A stretch of DNA of 64,000 nt from Spizellomyces punctatus DAOM BR117 (lineage: Eukaryota). The notes under the pieces are model-generated. The model was not told the DNA's origin and ran no database searches. It worked only from the letters and a program-made list of their open reading frames with translations. This document shows, piece by piece, positions 1 to 12,245 of this stretch. Numbering within the stretch: position 1 is the first letter of the stretch; each line of letters begins with the position of its first letter. The stretch lies in the NCBI GenBank assembly GCA_000182565.2, contig KQ257459.1; one strand, 5' to 3'. Both the position numbers and the translations under genes were made by a program.

Positions 1-1300
1 TACCATTGCTGCTCTTAAACTCCCTAAACTAAATATCATCAAGTAAGTCTCATCTTGCGACAAACCCAATTACGCCAAGCACTTCATAAACTATTACTAT
101 ATTTTCAAAAATAGGCAAACAAAAGTCAGCGGAAGCGTCACATCCCTTACGTTTGATACACCGGCACATCTGTATGCGGGTACATCCTACTCAAACATTT
201 ACTACATGTCCGTTCAGGATTTTGAACCCATTTTGAAGTCAACATGCCACTATTCTGCAGTAAATGATATCGCATTCCCAGAGTAAGACCCATGATAAGT
301 TGCTCATGACTATTCACCGTTGAATGTTTCAACCTTAAAACCTAGGGACTCGTCAGACGTCTTTGCTACAGCATCTGACACCGATATCCGTATTTGGAAC
401 GCACATACCTCTCAAGAGCTGTTGCGAATTGCGGTGCCTAATTTAGAGTGCAAATGCATCACGTTCAAAAAGGATGGTTCCAGCTTGATTAGTGGTAAGC
501 TGCAACCGAAAATCCTAAACACCTGATGCAAACACAAGTCTAAGCAACTTTTTTGGCATTATAGGCTGGAACGATGGCAAGATCCGAGCCTTTGGGCCCC
601 AAACTGGCCGCCTTCAATACGAAATCACCGATGCCCACAAAAAGGGTGTCACCGCTCTAGCAGTTACGTCTCCCACCAGCCCACATTCCCCAGCCTTCCG
701 CATCGTCTCGGGTGGTTCAGATGGTCAAATCCGAATCTGGTCGATAACACCTACCCATCAAACCCTTCTCGAAACCCTTAAAGAGCACAAGGGAACGATT
801 ACGGCCATCAAACTCCGTAAAAACAATCTGGAATGTGTATCGAGTTCGGCGGATGGCAGTTGCATTGTGTGGGACTTGTTGCGCTTTGTGAGAAATCAGG
901 TTTTGTTTGCTCCGAGCTTTTTTAAGAGCGTTTGTTATTACCCGGACGAGAGTCAAGTTTTGACCAGTGGGACAGATCGCAAGGTGCGTAATTTGGCCAT
1001 GTAATTTGTCCGTGGTTCTCCCCTTCTGCCACCTGATGATAGGATCTGTCATTGGACAAATAGGTAGCGTATTGGGAAACCTACGATGGTACTCTCATCC
1101 GCGAACTTGAAGCCTCCCAATCCGACACCATCAATGGCCTCGACATCTCCTCCGACGGACAACACTTTGTCATAGGCGGAAGCGACAAGCTCGTCAAGAT
1201 CTATCGCTACGAAGAAGGGTCAGTTGACTATGTCGGGGTCGGTCACTCAATGGATATCACACAAGTCAAGATTTCGCCGGATCAGAAGAACGTGGTGTCA
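1..1300 (+). repeat. Duplicate of the 3' part of CFAP52 (matches 5619-6918), ending at the N gap
   Basis: Same sequence and same ORFs at offset 5618 (147..332 vs 5765..5950; 717..1052 vs 6335..6670); stops exactly at the gap. Confidence 0.95.
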
Positions 1301-1400
1301 NNNNNNNNNNNNNNNNNNNNNNNNNNNNNNNNNNNNNNNNNNNNNNNNNNNNNNNNNNNNNNNNNNNNNNNNNNNNNNNNNNNNNNNNNNNNNNNNNNNN
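1301..1400. other. Assembly gap (100 N)
   Basis: Run of 100 N. Confidence 1.
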
Positions 1401-1774
1401 ATATGAGACAGACCAATAGCTACAGTGAATGAGTCATGTGTTTGACGGATTAGTTCTTGGCTTGATTCCGCATGCTGTTTGTTGCTGTTTAGTTATCCGA
1501 TCCAAGCTCGTTTTCATGCACCAATGTGCTACACTCTTTGTTTTCCAAAATTACGGATTCCAAACCTGCTTCACCTGTTGTAGTATGGGGAGGCTATCTT
1601 TTTTGGTGACACATTATAGCTGATCTCACATCGATGTTCAATCATTTATCGACGCGTTTGATCATGTGGGATCACGACAGTACGTTATTTTGGGGAGTAA
1701 ATCCACCCGATATTGTTCATCTGCAAGAGCAAGTATCTGGCGAAAGCAACATTTACCAGTGAAACCTAATCAGA

Positions 1775-1920
1775 ATCCGTTATACCGACAAACCGGCGCG
1801 AGTCGCCCCAACGTGTGTTCATGTGCACTGGTTCTGTTGCAATTATCTGGATCCAAACCGAGTCAAGTTACAACTTTTGCTAGGACTGACCCAGTCAGTA
1901 TCCGTTATACCGACAAACCG
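1775..1920. repeat. 21-bp direct repeat ATCCGTTATACCGACAAACCG, two copies
   Basis: Exact copies at 1775-1795 and 1900-1920. Confidence 0.85.
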
Positions 1921-2033
1921 ACCCCAAAGCGTTTCCTCAAAGGTGGGATCGTACCGTATCTAGATATCCCCAACTGGCATCTCCCTTGATCTTGGCACTG
2001 CAAGGGACTTCAAGGGACCGCACTCGTTCAGAC

Positions 2034-2192
2034 TACAACTAGAGTCGACGTATTTAACGGTCAGACAGGTTGCATTCTTTAACTGGCCATTTTATAGCTG
2101 TTGCTCTGGCGGGATTAAAACTGGTTAACGCCAACGTGGTTCTACTATGTTTCTGCTCTGTCTGACCGTTAAATACGTCGACTCTAGTTGTA
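2034..2192. mobile_element. MITE, Tc1/mariner-type: 155 bp with 33-bp perfect TIRs and TA duplication
   Basis: TA-CAACTAGAGTCGACGTATTTAACGGTCAGACAG (2034-2068) is the exact reverse complement of 2158-2192; no coding capacity. Confidence 0.85.
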
Positions 2193-2376
2193 ACAGTGCT
2201 GCAGGTCCCCGACATCTGGCCATCCTGCAACTATGCTCTGAATAGCAAATAGATGCAAATTGTAATATAAAAAAGAGGAGTTGCGACCCTCCCCAGCTCA
2301 ACCAAAGCAAGCCAGTCAATCAATCGATCATCGATCCTACAATAAGCAACTGCTCTTCATCAATCAAGCAACCAGA

Positions 2377-2677
2377 ATGAAGCTCATCCTTGCCCTCGCT
2401 CTCGTCTTCCTCGTTCTTACTCAGAGTATGATATCTTATTGTAGTTTACGCTCCAAAAAAAACTGATCATACTAACATCAATTTTATGCCATCTGCAGTG
2501 GCAACTGTCAATGCTGCCGATGGCGACTATTGCAACCTTAGTGGCTGTGAGTACAAACCCCGGTGCGACGCGGGCAAGAAAGAGATAACATGCCCAGCAG
2601 GGCCAACCCGAAACAACGGATGTCTCCTTGGACAGAGCAGGGTTAATTGCTGCACCAATGCCCGTGATTGCGCATAA
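2377..2677 (+). CDS. Small secreted cysteine-rich peptide (75 aa, 8 Cys)
   Basis: Exons 2377-2425 and 2499-2677; intron GTATGA..ACTAAC..CTGCAG; signal-like MKLILALALVFLVLTQMATVNA followed by ADGDYCNLSGC...NCCTNARDCA; TATA-like box near 2266. Confidence 0.85.
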
Positions 2678-3953
2678 GGTGGACGACACACAATTAGACA
2701 TTGTAGATCCATGTACATACTGTTGATAGTTCATTGGAAGTAAATCGCTCACTGATAGACAAAGACGTTTTGTCTGTTGGAATTTGTTTAACAGATTTTC
2801 ATGTGTATCATGGGGGTGGGTCTGGGCACCCAAAAGTTTGCGCAATATATCAGAATCAACTTGCATAACTGCGAAGGACTATTCGCCTTCCATCGCATTT
2901 CATTATTTAACCATTGTTGGGCTGATGAAGTCAGCGCATTGATCGTGGGATTACCATAGCAACAAATAAATGGAAGCCCATGAATCCTTTTTATACTTTC
3001 AGATAGCTATTCGTACAGTTTTGGCTGGAACGCCTAGTTGGGCCCTTCAGGCAATTCTGCATTCAGGTAATTATTGGCGTAGGTAGTAGATAGCAAAGCT
3101 CGCTGCTTCTGTCATTACGCGGTTGAGGGTATCTGTAACTGTCGAACAGTGTCCGTATTGGACCACCATATTATTGATATCATTAGTATCTATTTGGGAG
3201 TCCAGTGTCCTGAACGAAAGTCTTTAGGTTGTATTGGCTAAAATATGGGGACGAAGATGCAATTATTGTCTTGTTGCTGGGACAAATGGATGTCAGAACT
3301 GGGACATCATGATGCAATCAGAGAGGATGTAATCACGGTGAGGACTGCCCAAGTGATGACCTTGATGAAATCTGGAAATGTACGCAGTAGCTGGCCCCCA
3401 TTTGAATGCACAAGGCTATGTCTTGAAGATTGTCCCCTAACTAGGGGCAATGCTGGAAAAATGGAGATTGTCGAAGGGTCACTAACAGCAGCACCTAGGT
3501 AGCGAGATGCCAAGTCCGCAGAGAGATCGGTAAGCCAACGTGCTCCCGAGTGTCTTGTCGAGATATCCGACATACTACACGTAGCTAATACTCATTCAAC
3601 GGTTACCTCAGATTAATCACTTGGGCATACCACAATCGACGTGTCTGCATCGGAAAGAAATCAATAATACCATGAATCATCCCACTTGCATGAACATCTC
3701 CGTAGCCCGCAATGCTTATTAGCAGTTCCGGTGGGTTTTCGAAGGGGGTCAGTGCCAGTGACTTTGATGACTGGATAGGTATCCCACATTTCAACATATT
3801 GTACATATTTCACCGATCGAATTCAACATAGACGTAGTATTCATTCGTAAATCAATTATGGTTGGCAGTATATTGCAAGGCATCAGAGGAGCCGATCGTG
3901 CGGTGAATCCGCAAAGCAGTGAACTTTGTACACCCAAAATTCGCCCATTCAGA

Positions 3954-4386
3954 CTACAACTCACTTTTCGCTCTCTCCCATCCAGCCCCCCCGACCACCC
4001 CACATCCCCTCTCTGCTCTTACACACACGTACCAATCCCCTACAGAACACTTGGTTTGGCCATCCGGACATGGACATTGAGACGGTGTGGGTACGCAAGC
4101 GGATGTGTAAGGGCACACATATGTTTTACACGCTGCATAGATAAAATATATAGTGAGCGCTATGCAAGAGGGACACCACACCAACGTTCTTTGCAGTACC
4201 TTGTGAAGGCGGATATTGGTTTTGTTGGTCCCCCTGCTGCTGTTGCTCTTGTTGTTGTTGTGAATCGTGCGAATCAAAAAAGGAGGAAAAAAATTCAAAG
4301 GCAGTCGCTGGAGATGGTGTGAGGGTTAGGAGAAGGAGTAGGAGGAGGAACGCCGTTGAGAAAATAGTATGCGGTCGAGCGGCCAT
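3954..4386 (-). CDS. LCL2: Lcl2-like small secreted/ER protein
   Basis: Exons 4386-4200 and 4132-3954; signal peptide, FEFF..QQQQ, then CKTYVCPYTSACVPTPSQCPCPDGQTKC..YVCV as in the Lcl2 family; ends KSEL. Confidence 0.7.
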
Positions 4387-4448
4387 GATTGTAAATGGTG
4401 ATGTGTGAGCGCAGCCAACAAAGCATGAAGCGACCATGGCCAGCTCTT

Positions 4449-4462
4449 GTTGCTATAGTAAC
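4449..4462. promoter_or_regulatory. RFX X-box-like palindrome GTTGCTATAGTAAC
   Basis: Fits the X-box consensus; lies about 130 bp upstream of the CFAP52 ATG in a 208-bp divergent promoter. Confidence 0.6.
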
Positions 4463-4594
4463 AGTGATTACGGCATTCACTCTCCGACAAGCGCGCATTG
4501 GGACGGATCTCAACATTTTAGCGATCGGCGAAAGAGCGTGAGGAGGGCGAGCCGCAAATCTGCATCACTCCATTAGACCACGACCAACAGAATA

Positions 4595-6969
4595 ATGGAA
4601 ACCACATCAGATCCAGCCGATTTCTCCCCTCTCACATTAAAAAGTATCATCGGATTTAGTGGTAAGACTCTAATTTTATCAAACACGGAAAATAGTACCA
4701 GTCAATTAACTGTCTCCAACAGGTTCTGTCCCTCAAGGCCACATCAAGCACCCAGATGGAATTCATACCATTTACTCCCTGGGATCCACAGTCGTGATCA
4801 ACGACAACCGTCGACTTCATGCTCAAGAGTTTATGCAGGGACATACGAATGCTGTGAGCTGTTTGGCGGTGGATAAGAGGGGTAAATTGATTGCGAGTGG
4901 GCAGGTTACGCATATGGGATTCCAGGTATGTAGTGGTGCAGTGAGATCAATTACATAAGGTGATTTGTTAATATTAAATGGCCAACACTAGGCGGATATT
5001 ATTATCTGGGATTTCGAAAGCCGTACGCTCCTCCACCGGTTCAGTCTCCACAAGGTCAAAGTCCAATCTCTCGCATTTTCTCCAAATTCCCTCTATCTTG
5101 CCTCTTTGGGTGGTGAAGATGACAATAGTGTCATTGTCTGGGACCTTCAAAAGGGCGCCGCCATTTGCGGGGCACCCGCCTCAAAAGACTCAACAGGAGC
5201 CGCAAACTGTCTAGCTTACTTGAATCAAGATGATACGTCGTTTGTAACTGGTGGGAATGGGACATTGCGTGTTTGGGAATTGAATGTTGCGCAGAGAAAG
5301 GTTCGACCTTCGGATGTGCTTACGGGCCAGATTAAGCGGGTGGTCAAGTGTGTTGTTGTGGATGAAAATGACGAGTACATGTACTGTGGAACGACTACCG
5401 GAGACTTGCTGGAGGTTAAAGTTGCCACGAGGTTATTTAAGCAGGCTGGACCACCAAAGGAAAAGGTAGAGTGCTCATATTTGCGGCTTTACGCATTCCA
5501 AATGACGAGACCTGATCGGTCGGCAATGTCATATGGTACAGGACCTCTTCAGCATGGGTGTGCTCTCCATCGCTCTCGCCCCCGCGCATAACTGCGTAGT
5601 TGTTGGCTGTGGAGACGGTACCATTGCTGCTCTTAAACTCCCTAAACTAAATATCATCAAGTAAGTCTCATCTTGCGACAAACCCAATTACGCCAAGCAC
5701 TTCATAAACTATTACTATATTTTCAAAAATAGGCAAACAAAAGTCAGCGGAAGCGTCACATCCCTTACGTTTGATACACCGGCACATCTGTATGCGGGTA
5801 CATCCTACTCAAACATTTACTACATGTCCGTTCAGGATTTTGAACCCATTTTGAAGTCAACATGCCACTATTCTGCAGTAAATGATATCGCATTCCCAGA
5901 GTAAGACCCATGATAAGTTGCTCATGACTATTCACCGTTGAATGTTTCAACCTTAAAACCTAGGGACTCGTCAGACGTCTTTGCTACAGCATCTGACACC
6001 GATATCCGTATTTGGAACGCACATACCTCTCAAGAGCTGTTGCGAATTGCGGTGCCTAATTTAGAGTGCAAATGCATCACGTTCAAAAAGGATGGTTCCA
6101 GCTTGATTAGTGGTAAGCTGCAACCGAAAATCCTAAACACCTGATGCAAACACAAGTCTAAGCAACTTTTTTGGCATTATAGGCTGGAACGATGGCAAGA
6201 TCCGAGCCTTTGGGCCCCAAACTGGCCGCCTTCAATACGAAATCACCGATGCCCACAAAAAGGGTGTCACCGCTCTAGCAGTTACGTCTCCCACCAGCCC
6301 ACATTCCCCAGCCTTCCGCATCGTCTCGGGTGGTTCAGATGGTCAAATCCGAATCTGGTCGATAACACCTACCCATCAAACCCTTCTCGAAACCCTTAAA
6401 GAGCACAAGGGAACGATTACGGCCATCAAACTCCGTAAAAACAATCTGGAATGTGTATCGAGTTCGGCGGATGGCAGTTGCATTGTGTGGGACTTGTTGC
6501 GCTTTGTGAGAAATCAGGTTTTGTTTGCTCCGAGCTTTTTTAAGAGCGTTTGTTATTACCCGGACGAGAGTCAAGTTTTGACCAGTGGGACAGATCGCAA
6601 GGTGCGTAATTTGGCCATGTAATTTGTCCGTGGTTCTCCCCTTCTGCCACCTGATGATAGGATCTGTCATTGGACAAATAGGTAGCGTATTGGGAAACCT
6701 ACGATGGTACTCTCATCCGCGAACTTGAAGCCTCCCAATCCGACACCATCAATGGCCTCGACATCTCCTCCGACGGACAACACTTTGTCATAGGCGGAAG
6801 CGACAAGCTCGTCAAGATCTATCGCTACGAAGAAGGGTCAGTTGACTATGTCGGGGTCGGTCACTCAATGGATATCACACAAGTCAAGATTTCGCCGGAT
6901 CAGAAGAACGTGGTGTCAGTTAGTGCGGATGGTGCGGTGTTTGTATGGAACTTTCCTCATGGCGCGTGA
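4595..6969 (+). CDS. CFAP52: Cilia- and flagella-associated WD40 protein 52 (WDR16), multi-exon
   Basis: LTLKSIIGFSG start, GGEDDNSVIVWDL..AICGAPA, YCGTTTGDLL, many WD repeats, GT-AG introns, TGA at 6967-6969. Confidence 0.9.
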
Positions 6970-7243
6970 TTGGAAAGGTAGTTAGACGGAAAGGTTTGTG
7001 GTGCTAGAGGGATAGATTCCATCCTCTGTAAAGGTGCTGAAAGGTTAAATGGTTGCAATTTATACCCTGTCATTTCACATTTTTCATGTCCAAAACAACT
7101 CTATTCCACAAAGTATTACAGTACCTATTCACAGAAGCCAAGCAAGCAAATCAAATACAATGCGCAATTTCAATCCACGTGGCCATTGACGCTCCCAGTG
7201 CAAAAAAAAAGTGAAAAAAAAAAGAAAACACGCAGACAACGTC

Positions 7244-9840
7244 TCAATAGGAATTCTTCTTCTCAAGGCCATTTCTCAATAACTCCATGACAGCTAAAAC
7301 CTTTTCTTCCTCAAAGCGACGTCCAACGACCTAAACCAAGACAGATAATGTGAATATATGGTACCGGGAGAAAGAGCGCCGACCAAGGTTAACCACCTGA
7401 ACTGCAACACTTGCTTCGGTACCGACGCCCTCGGCAAGCCTTGAATTGAACTCTTCGACTCCCAAAATTCCCAGAAAATTGAAGCATCCTTTATGATGTC
7501 CATGACTTTGCACCGCTGGCTGGCCAGGTATATTTACGGGTGGTGGAGCGCCTTCCTGGCCATGCACGTACATGAGGGTATCGTGAACGCGGTCTGCAGC
7601 AGTTACAGCTGTCACATTTGGAACGACGCCAACCGGATAATCCAGAAGACCATAGAGCATAGAATATGACGTTCCAGCGCTAGTGTAGGGAAAGGAGACG
7701 GAGGGAAGTGGTGGAATGGCGTGGACTTCGGTAAAGTCGTGTCAGTTTAAAAGTTATGCTAAGAATGAACGGTCATCAAAAGCCCACCAGGACAGATTAA
7801 CACATCCATTCCATCCATCTCGTTCCACGCCTCCGCAAACAGTCGTTGATACTCCTCTTTTTCTTTCTGCAATTGGACCAGCTCCGCGGCCGCTTTTGGC
7901 CCTTTGCGAAATCTTGCCGTCGTGCCGCCAAGTCCCAATGTCCGAATCATCTGTCCCACAACGGTGTCATCCATGATCCTTTCGAAGAATGTCGCCACCA
8001 GGGCCCGAACAAGCATTGGAGCACGCATAAGAAGCATCAACGGGACGATGGGTTCCCCTAGATCGTCTTGCTGGAATTCCCGCAGGAAGGTGCAAGGTGA
8101 ATCGAGATCCATGACGAGGAGTTTGGTAAGGAGGAGAACCGCCTGGATGGTTTTTGGGGGGTGGAATTCAACAACTTCGTGACCTTGTTTTTCAAGTGCG
8201 GTCACAGCAGTATGAACTGCACGACAAGCTGGAGGAAGCGCCCGCAAGAAACCGTCATTGGTGTACCAGCCAATTTTCAAACGTCGAGATTCAAGGGTTG
8301 AAGTGTATAGCGCATGATCAAAGGAAATTGGGACGACGGATGGGTCAGTCCGCCAGGGATGGGTGAGTAGGAGGGAGCGAAATATGGTGACGATATTGGG
8401 TAACGAGCGAGATACTGGACCAAAAACACGAGGTATTGTATCCCAAGATAACGTGTTATTATTTGTGGTTCCGGGTGGTAGACGACTGGAGGTTGGTTTC
8501 AAGCAATATAAGCCGCAATGCTGGGCAGGAACTCGGAGACCTCCTACAGCGTCCGAGCCAATGCCCACGAGTGCACCACCTAAAGTACCATTTCGTCAAC
8601 CTTTCCGTGAGTAAAAATGTGGGAAGCTTAACCAAAATTAGATAGTTACCAGCCGCCACCAAAGCGCTCACACCGCCACTGCTCCCACCGGGACTTGTCT
8701 TGGTATCCAGAGGATTGAGGGTCTGTCCAAAAAGTGTATTGGTACATTCCGCGGATAGAAGATGCCAAGATACATTGGTTTTGCAGAAGGGAATAGCACC
8801 AGCAGTTCGCAGACATTCGACAATGGGTGCGTCTAGGTGTTTTGGTTGCAGGCACCCGCATTTGCACCCTAGGGTTGTGTCTAGTATCCAGAAATGGTAA
8901 GCAGAGTGCCTACTGAACAGACTCAGCTCTAAAACTGTTCCTTACCATAGCCTTTCACGTCCATGTCGTCTTTCAACGCTATTGGCAGTCCATGCAGTGG
9001 CCCTATAGGATCCAACGTGTGCAAATGGCCATAGTAAGATCATTTCTAAACAACGTCCGCCAGGTATCAATGCACAAATTTACCCACGAGCCTTCCTGTA
9101 GACCGAAACTTTGCATCAAGGGTTATTGCCAACAAAATCGCATCCTCCATAAACTGTTCTGATATGAAGTTGTACTCCCGATGCAGTCGCAGAGATTGCA
9201 AACAGTACACTCGCATGACATCTTCGGCCGACCATCGCCGTTCTGCAATGCCGGTGACGAGCTCTTGGGCGTATTGGGTGTGAAGGATAGCAACTGCCAC
9301 TTTTTCTGGAGGATAATTCGAAAGAATTTTCTGTTCTAGGTTGTTATATGATGCCTTTATGAGACTGATCTTGTGGGTTTTCACAGAGTCCGCTGATAAA
9401 TAAAGCTGGTAAGATGATCAGCAGACTCTATAACATAATGGAACGGAGTAGTCATCTAATCATACCGACGAAATAACTATAGATACGCTTCAGTCCGTCG
9501 ATAAGAAACATTGTTGATCTACTTTGGGAGCAGTCCACGTAATAAACTGCAACAAAAGTATGGCATAATGCTCGTTAGTCAGCTGCGTTCGTACTGGTCC
9601 CAGATGTTATAGTTTCACTCCGGGCACCTGCTGCTACTGTTCTCCCAATTTAAAGATCAAAGAAAAAGCACACACCTTGACATAGATGTAGATCACCAAA
9701 ACCGACACAGGCTTCAACAGCCAACCCACCACTGGTAATTCAAACAAAGTTTGCTTCTTGACACGATCCAACTCGTTGGAATTTGGTGCCGAGTGTACAA
9801 CCGACGAGGACAGCGATTCCGGGGTGACCGTCGCTGGCAT
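7244..9840 (-). CDS. Amidase-signature (FAAH-like) membrane protein, multi-exon; nucleophile Ser replaced by Gly
   Basis: LHGLPIALKD, PGGSSGG, GIGSDAVGGLRVPAQHCGLYCLKP, YGLLDYPVGVVP, VVGRRFEEEKVL; N-terminal hydrophobic segments. Confidence 0.85.
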
Positions 9841-10288
9841 TCCCGTAAGGGGAGTGAGTGCGCGTTCCTTGTCTAGGTGCTTATAGGTACAGGAAGCATC
9901 AAGTTCGACGCTTTGGAGTGGTGATCTTTCCGAATGTCTCAGTTATCTGTCACGAACAACCAGGCAAGAAAGGTCAAACTACCATTTGTTGGGTGTACGC
10001 GAGGTGACGTGTTCTTTCAAGAGTGTCTCTGTCATCAAACAGCTCATGCACCAATTATAATTGTGAACAAAGATAATGGACATTTTGAACCCTTTTTACA
10101 TCCTCTTTATTGTAATGACAGTCAAAGTAGATTATATGCTTACGGCCATACACAAGGAAATGGGTAGCAGTTTCATATATTTGACAATTATAAATTCAAA
10201 GCAGATATTATTTAACATATGAGGTTGCATCAGCAAAGAGGCACCAGTAACTCACATCAGTCGTAGTACACGACGTAAAGTACCTTCA

Positions 10289-11621
10289 TTATATCACCGG
10301 ACGCCGTGGCCCTTGTGGGCGAGGCGACGCGGCAGATATTTGCAGTTTCTTAAGTTGATCAACCAACAGGTCGTCATCTGTTATTGTTTCCAGGCTGTTC
10401 ATTGTTTCGTCGGAATCGGCGATATACTGCGCACTGAATTCAGCATAGAATTCGTCGTCTTCAATGATGTCACGGGCTTTGGAGAGGAATTCTTCGGCTG
10501 CGTCAATGAACAAGGATAGTAAGGATACTTTCAGTTACATGGAGGGACAAACTGAATGGTCCTACCGCTCGCAATGCGCCAATCGGATAATATGGCGTCC
10601 AGTTCCTCCCAAACGGCGGGTTTCCGTCGTAGCACAACAGATCTGATCATGTCAAAGATCTGTGTGTGCGCAAACGTGGTGAATTTGCGGCAGATGTTGG
10701 CTCGTACAAACCTCATCCATACCTGATACCATGAAATATTTTGGCTTTGCGACATCACCAAATAATTGAGCACGTCGTGATACAGTTCATCTACACATTC
10801 GATCCTATAAGCAACGAAAGACAGAGCAAGCGAATGCTGTTTTAACTGTCTTCTCACCATCGGCAATTGTCGTCTGAGCCTTTGCCATTGTCTCAAAGTC
10901 CATCCCTAGTGGCGCGATATGAGAATGAATCTAGGTACGCAAACAAACTTTGTCAACATTACCCATGCTCTGAGCAACTTCTTCCTGAAGGAACGCTATG
11001 CGAAGCTTTCCTAACGTTCGGGCATCAACGTTTGCCTCAAACCAATTCCAGATCCGTCGCATAATGTCCTGATGCTCTGCATTTGGTGCACCGAGTTGGA
11101 GAGCGGTGATGTATCCCTATAGATATGGCCCCATCTGAGGTTTCGCCGATAGATGCGACACGCAAAAAGGCCGCAAGCGTTTGCAACTCACACGAAAAAC
11201 ATCCTCGCCGAATCCCGCCAAAGTCAAAATTGCTCTTACATGGGCTTGAACCCAATAAGACTCCACCAGCCGCGTAAACCCATCTGAGAAGCCTGGTTGA
11301 TGTTTTACCAATTCCGCAAGGGTTTCAAAGGTGGCGAAAATGGCAGAGGATGAGTTGGCGAGAAAGGGATGTATCGCAGGAACGAGTTGGGTCTGCAGCT
11401 CTTCACTCTCCTTAGCTGCGTGGGTAGCAAACACTGGGAGAAGCTCTAAAAACTGCTAATAATATACAGACATGCCTTTAGTTTTGCGGAATCCTTAAAT
11501 AACAAGAGTGGAGTCATGTTTTTACCGTGAAAAGATTGTCATCACCCAGGTCTTTCTCGATGGTTTCCAGAAATTTGAACGCGTCCAAAAAGGGTGACAC
11601 TGTAGGGTCGCCAACCGACAT
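10289..11621 (-). CDS. Uncharacterised multi-exon helical protein, possibly with PAH/HHD-like repeats
   Basis: ATG 11621 MSVGDPTVSPFLDAFKFLETIEKDLGDDNLFT splices to QFLELLPVF; last exon AAEEFLSKARDIIEDDEFYAEF; internal exon structure not fully resolved. Confidence 0.5.
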
Positions 11622-12245
11622 GAATGAACAGAAACGGAGGAGAAGGGAAATGGTGACAAATGAGTAGAAAGATGGGGTGGGCAGTCGCTAAAGAATAGGA
11701 GCAAACAGTTCGTAAGCCCAATGTTGCTTGCAAAAGCCTCTGATCAGTTGAGTGACATTTGCCTTTTTAGGAAATTGCTAACGTCAGCATGTTTGGTTTA
11801 TTGGATCGCTTGGTTCCGTCACACAAGGTAGGATATGAATGGTCATGATGACCTCATCGAAGGTGAAATGTCATCCATCCGAGCGTGTGGAACGTGTTGA
11901 CCCCCAATTGTAAAATGGAACTTTGGAGTATGTCGCCCTCAACTACACAGGGGAAGGGACAGCGTAACGACGACGGGAACTACCATAGCAAAAGCAAGAA
12001 GAACGGGGGGGCGGTGAGGGGGGGAGGAAAGTGTGCGCAGAAAACCCAACTTATCGCTTTTGTCTCCGCGCATTGACCTGTCTCCTTATTGATTTACCCC
12101 TCGCCCGTTACATCATCCCTGTTTTGTAGCCCCCACAAGGTTGACTATTTAACGCTGCGCATTTTTTGTTTTGCTGTATTTTTTTTGGTCTTTATCGATT
12201 TATGAACAGTCAACTGTCGTTTTGTAGTTTTGATACGCCTTCACC

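Noticed and set aside
1640-1650. Second target for the Fanzor guide
   Set aside because: Only about 9 nt match and no CATA TAM.
1775-1920. Direct repeats as a CRISPR array
   Set aside because: Only two 21-bp copies 125 bp apart, eukaryotic context, no cas genes.
2900-3900. Short ORFs and an 11-bp inverted match (GCCCAAGTGAT)
   Set aside because: No recognisable protein, target duplication or convincing element ends.
11037-11255. CTKCRASGH as a zinc knuckle
   Set aside because: The final Cys is missing and the likely exon is read in another frame.
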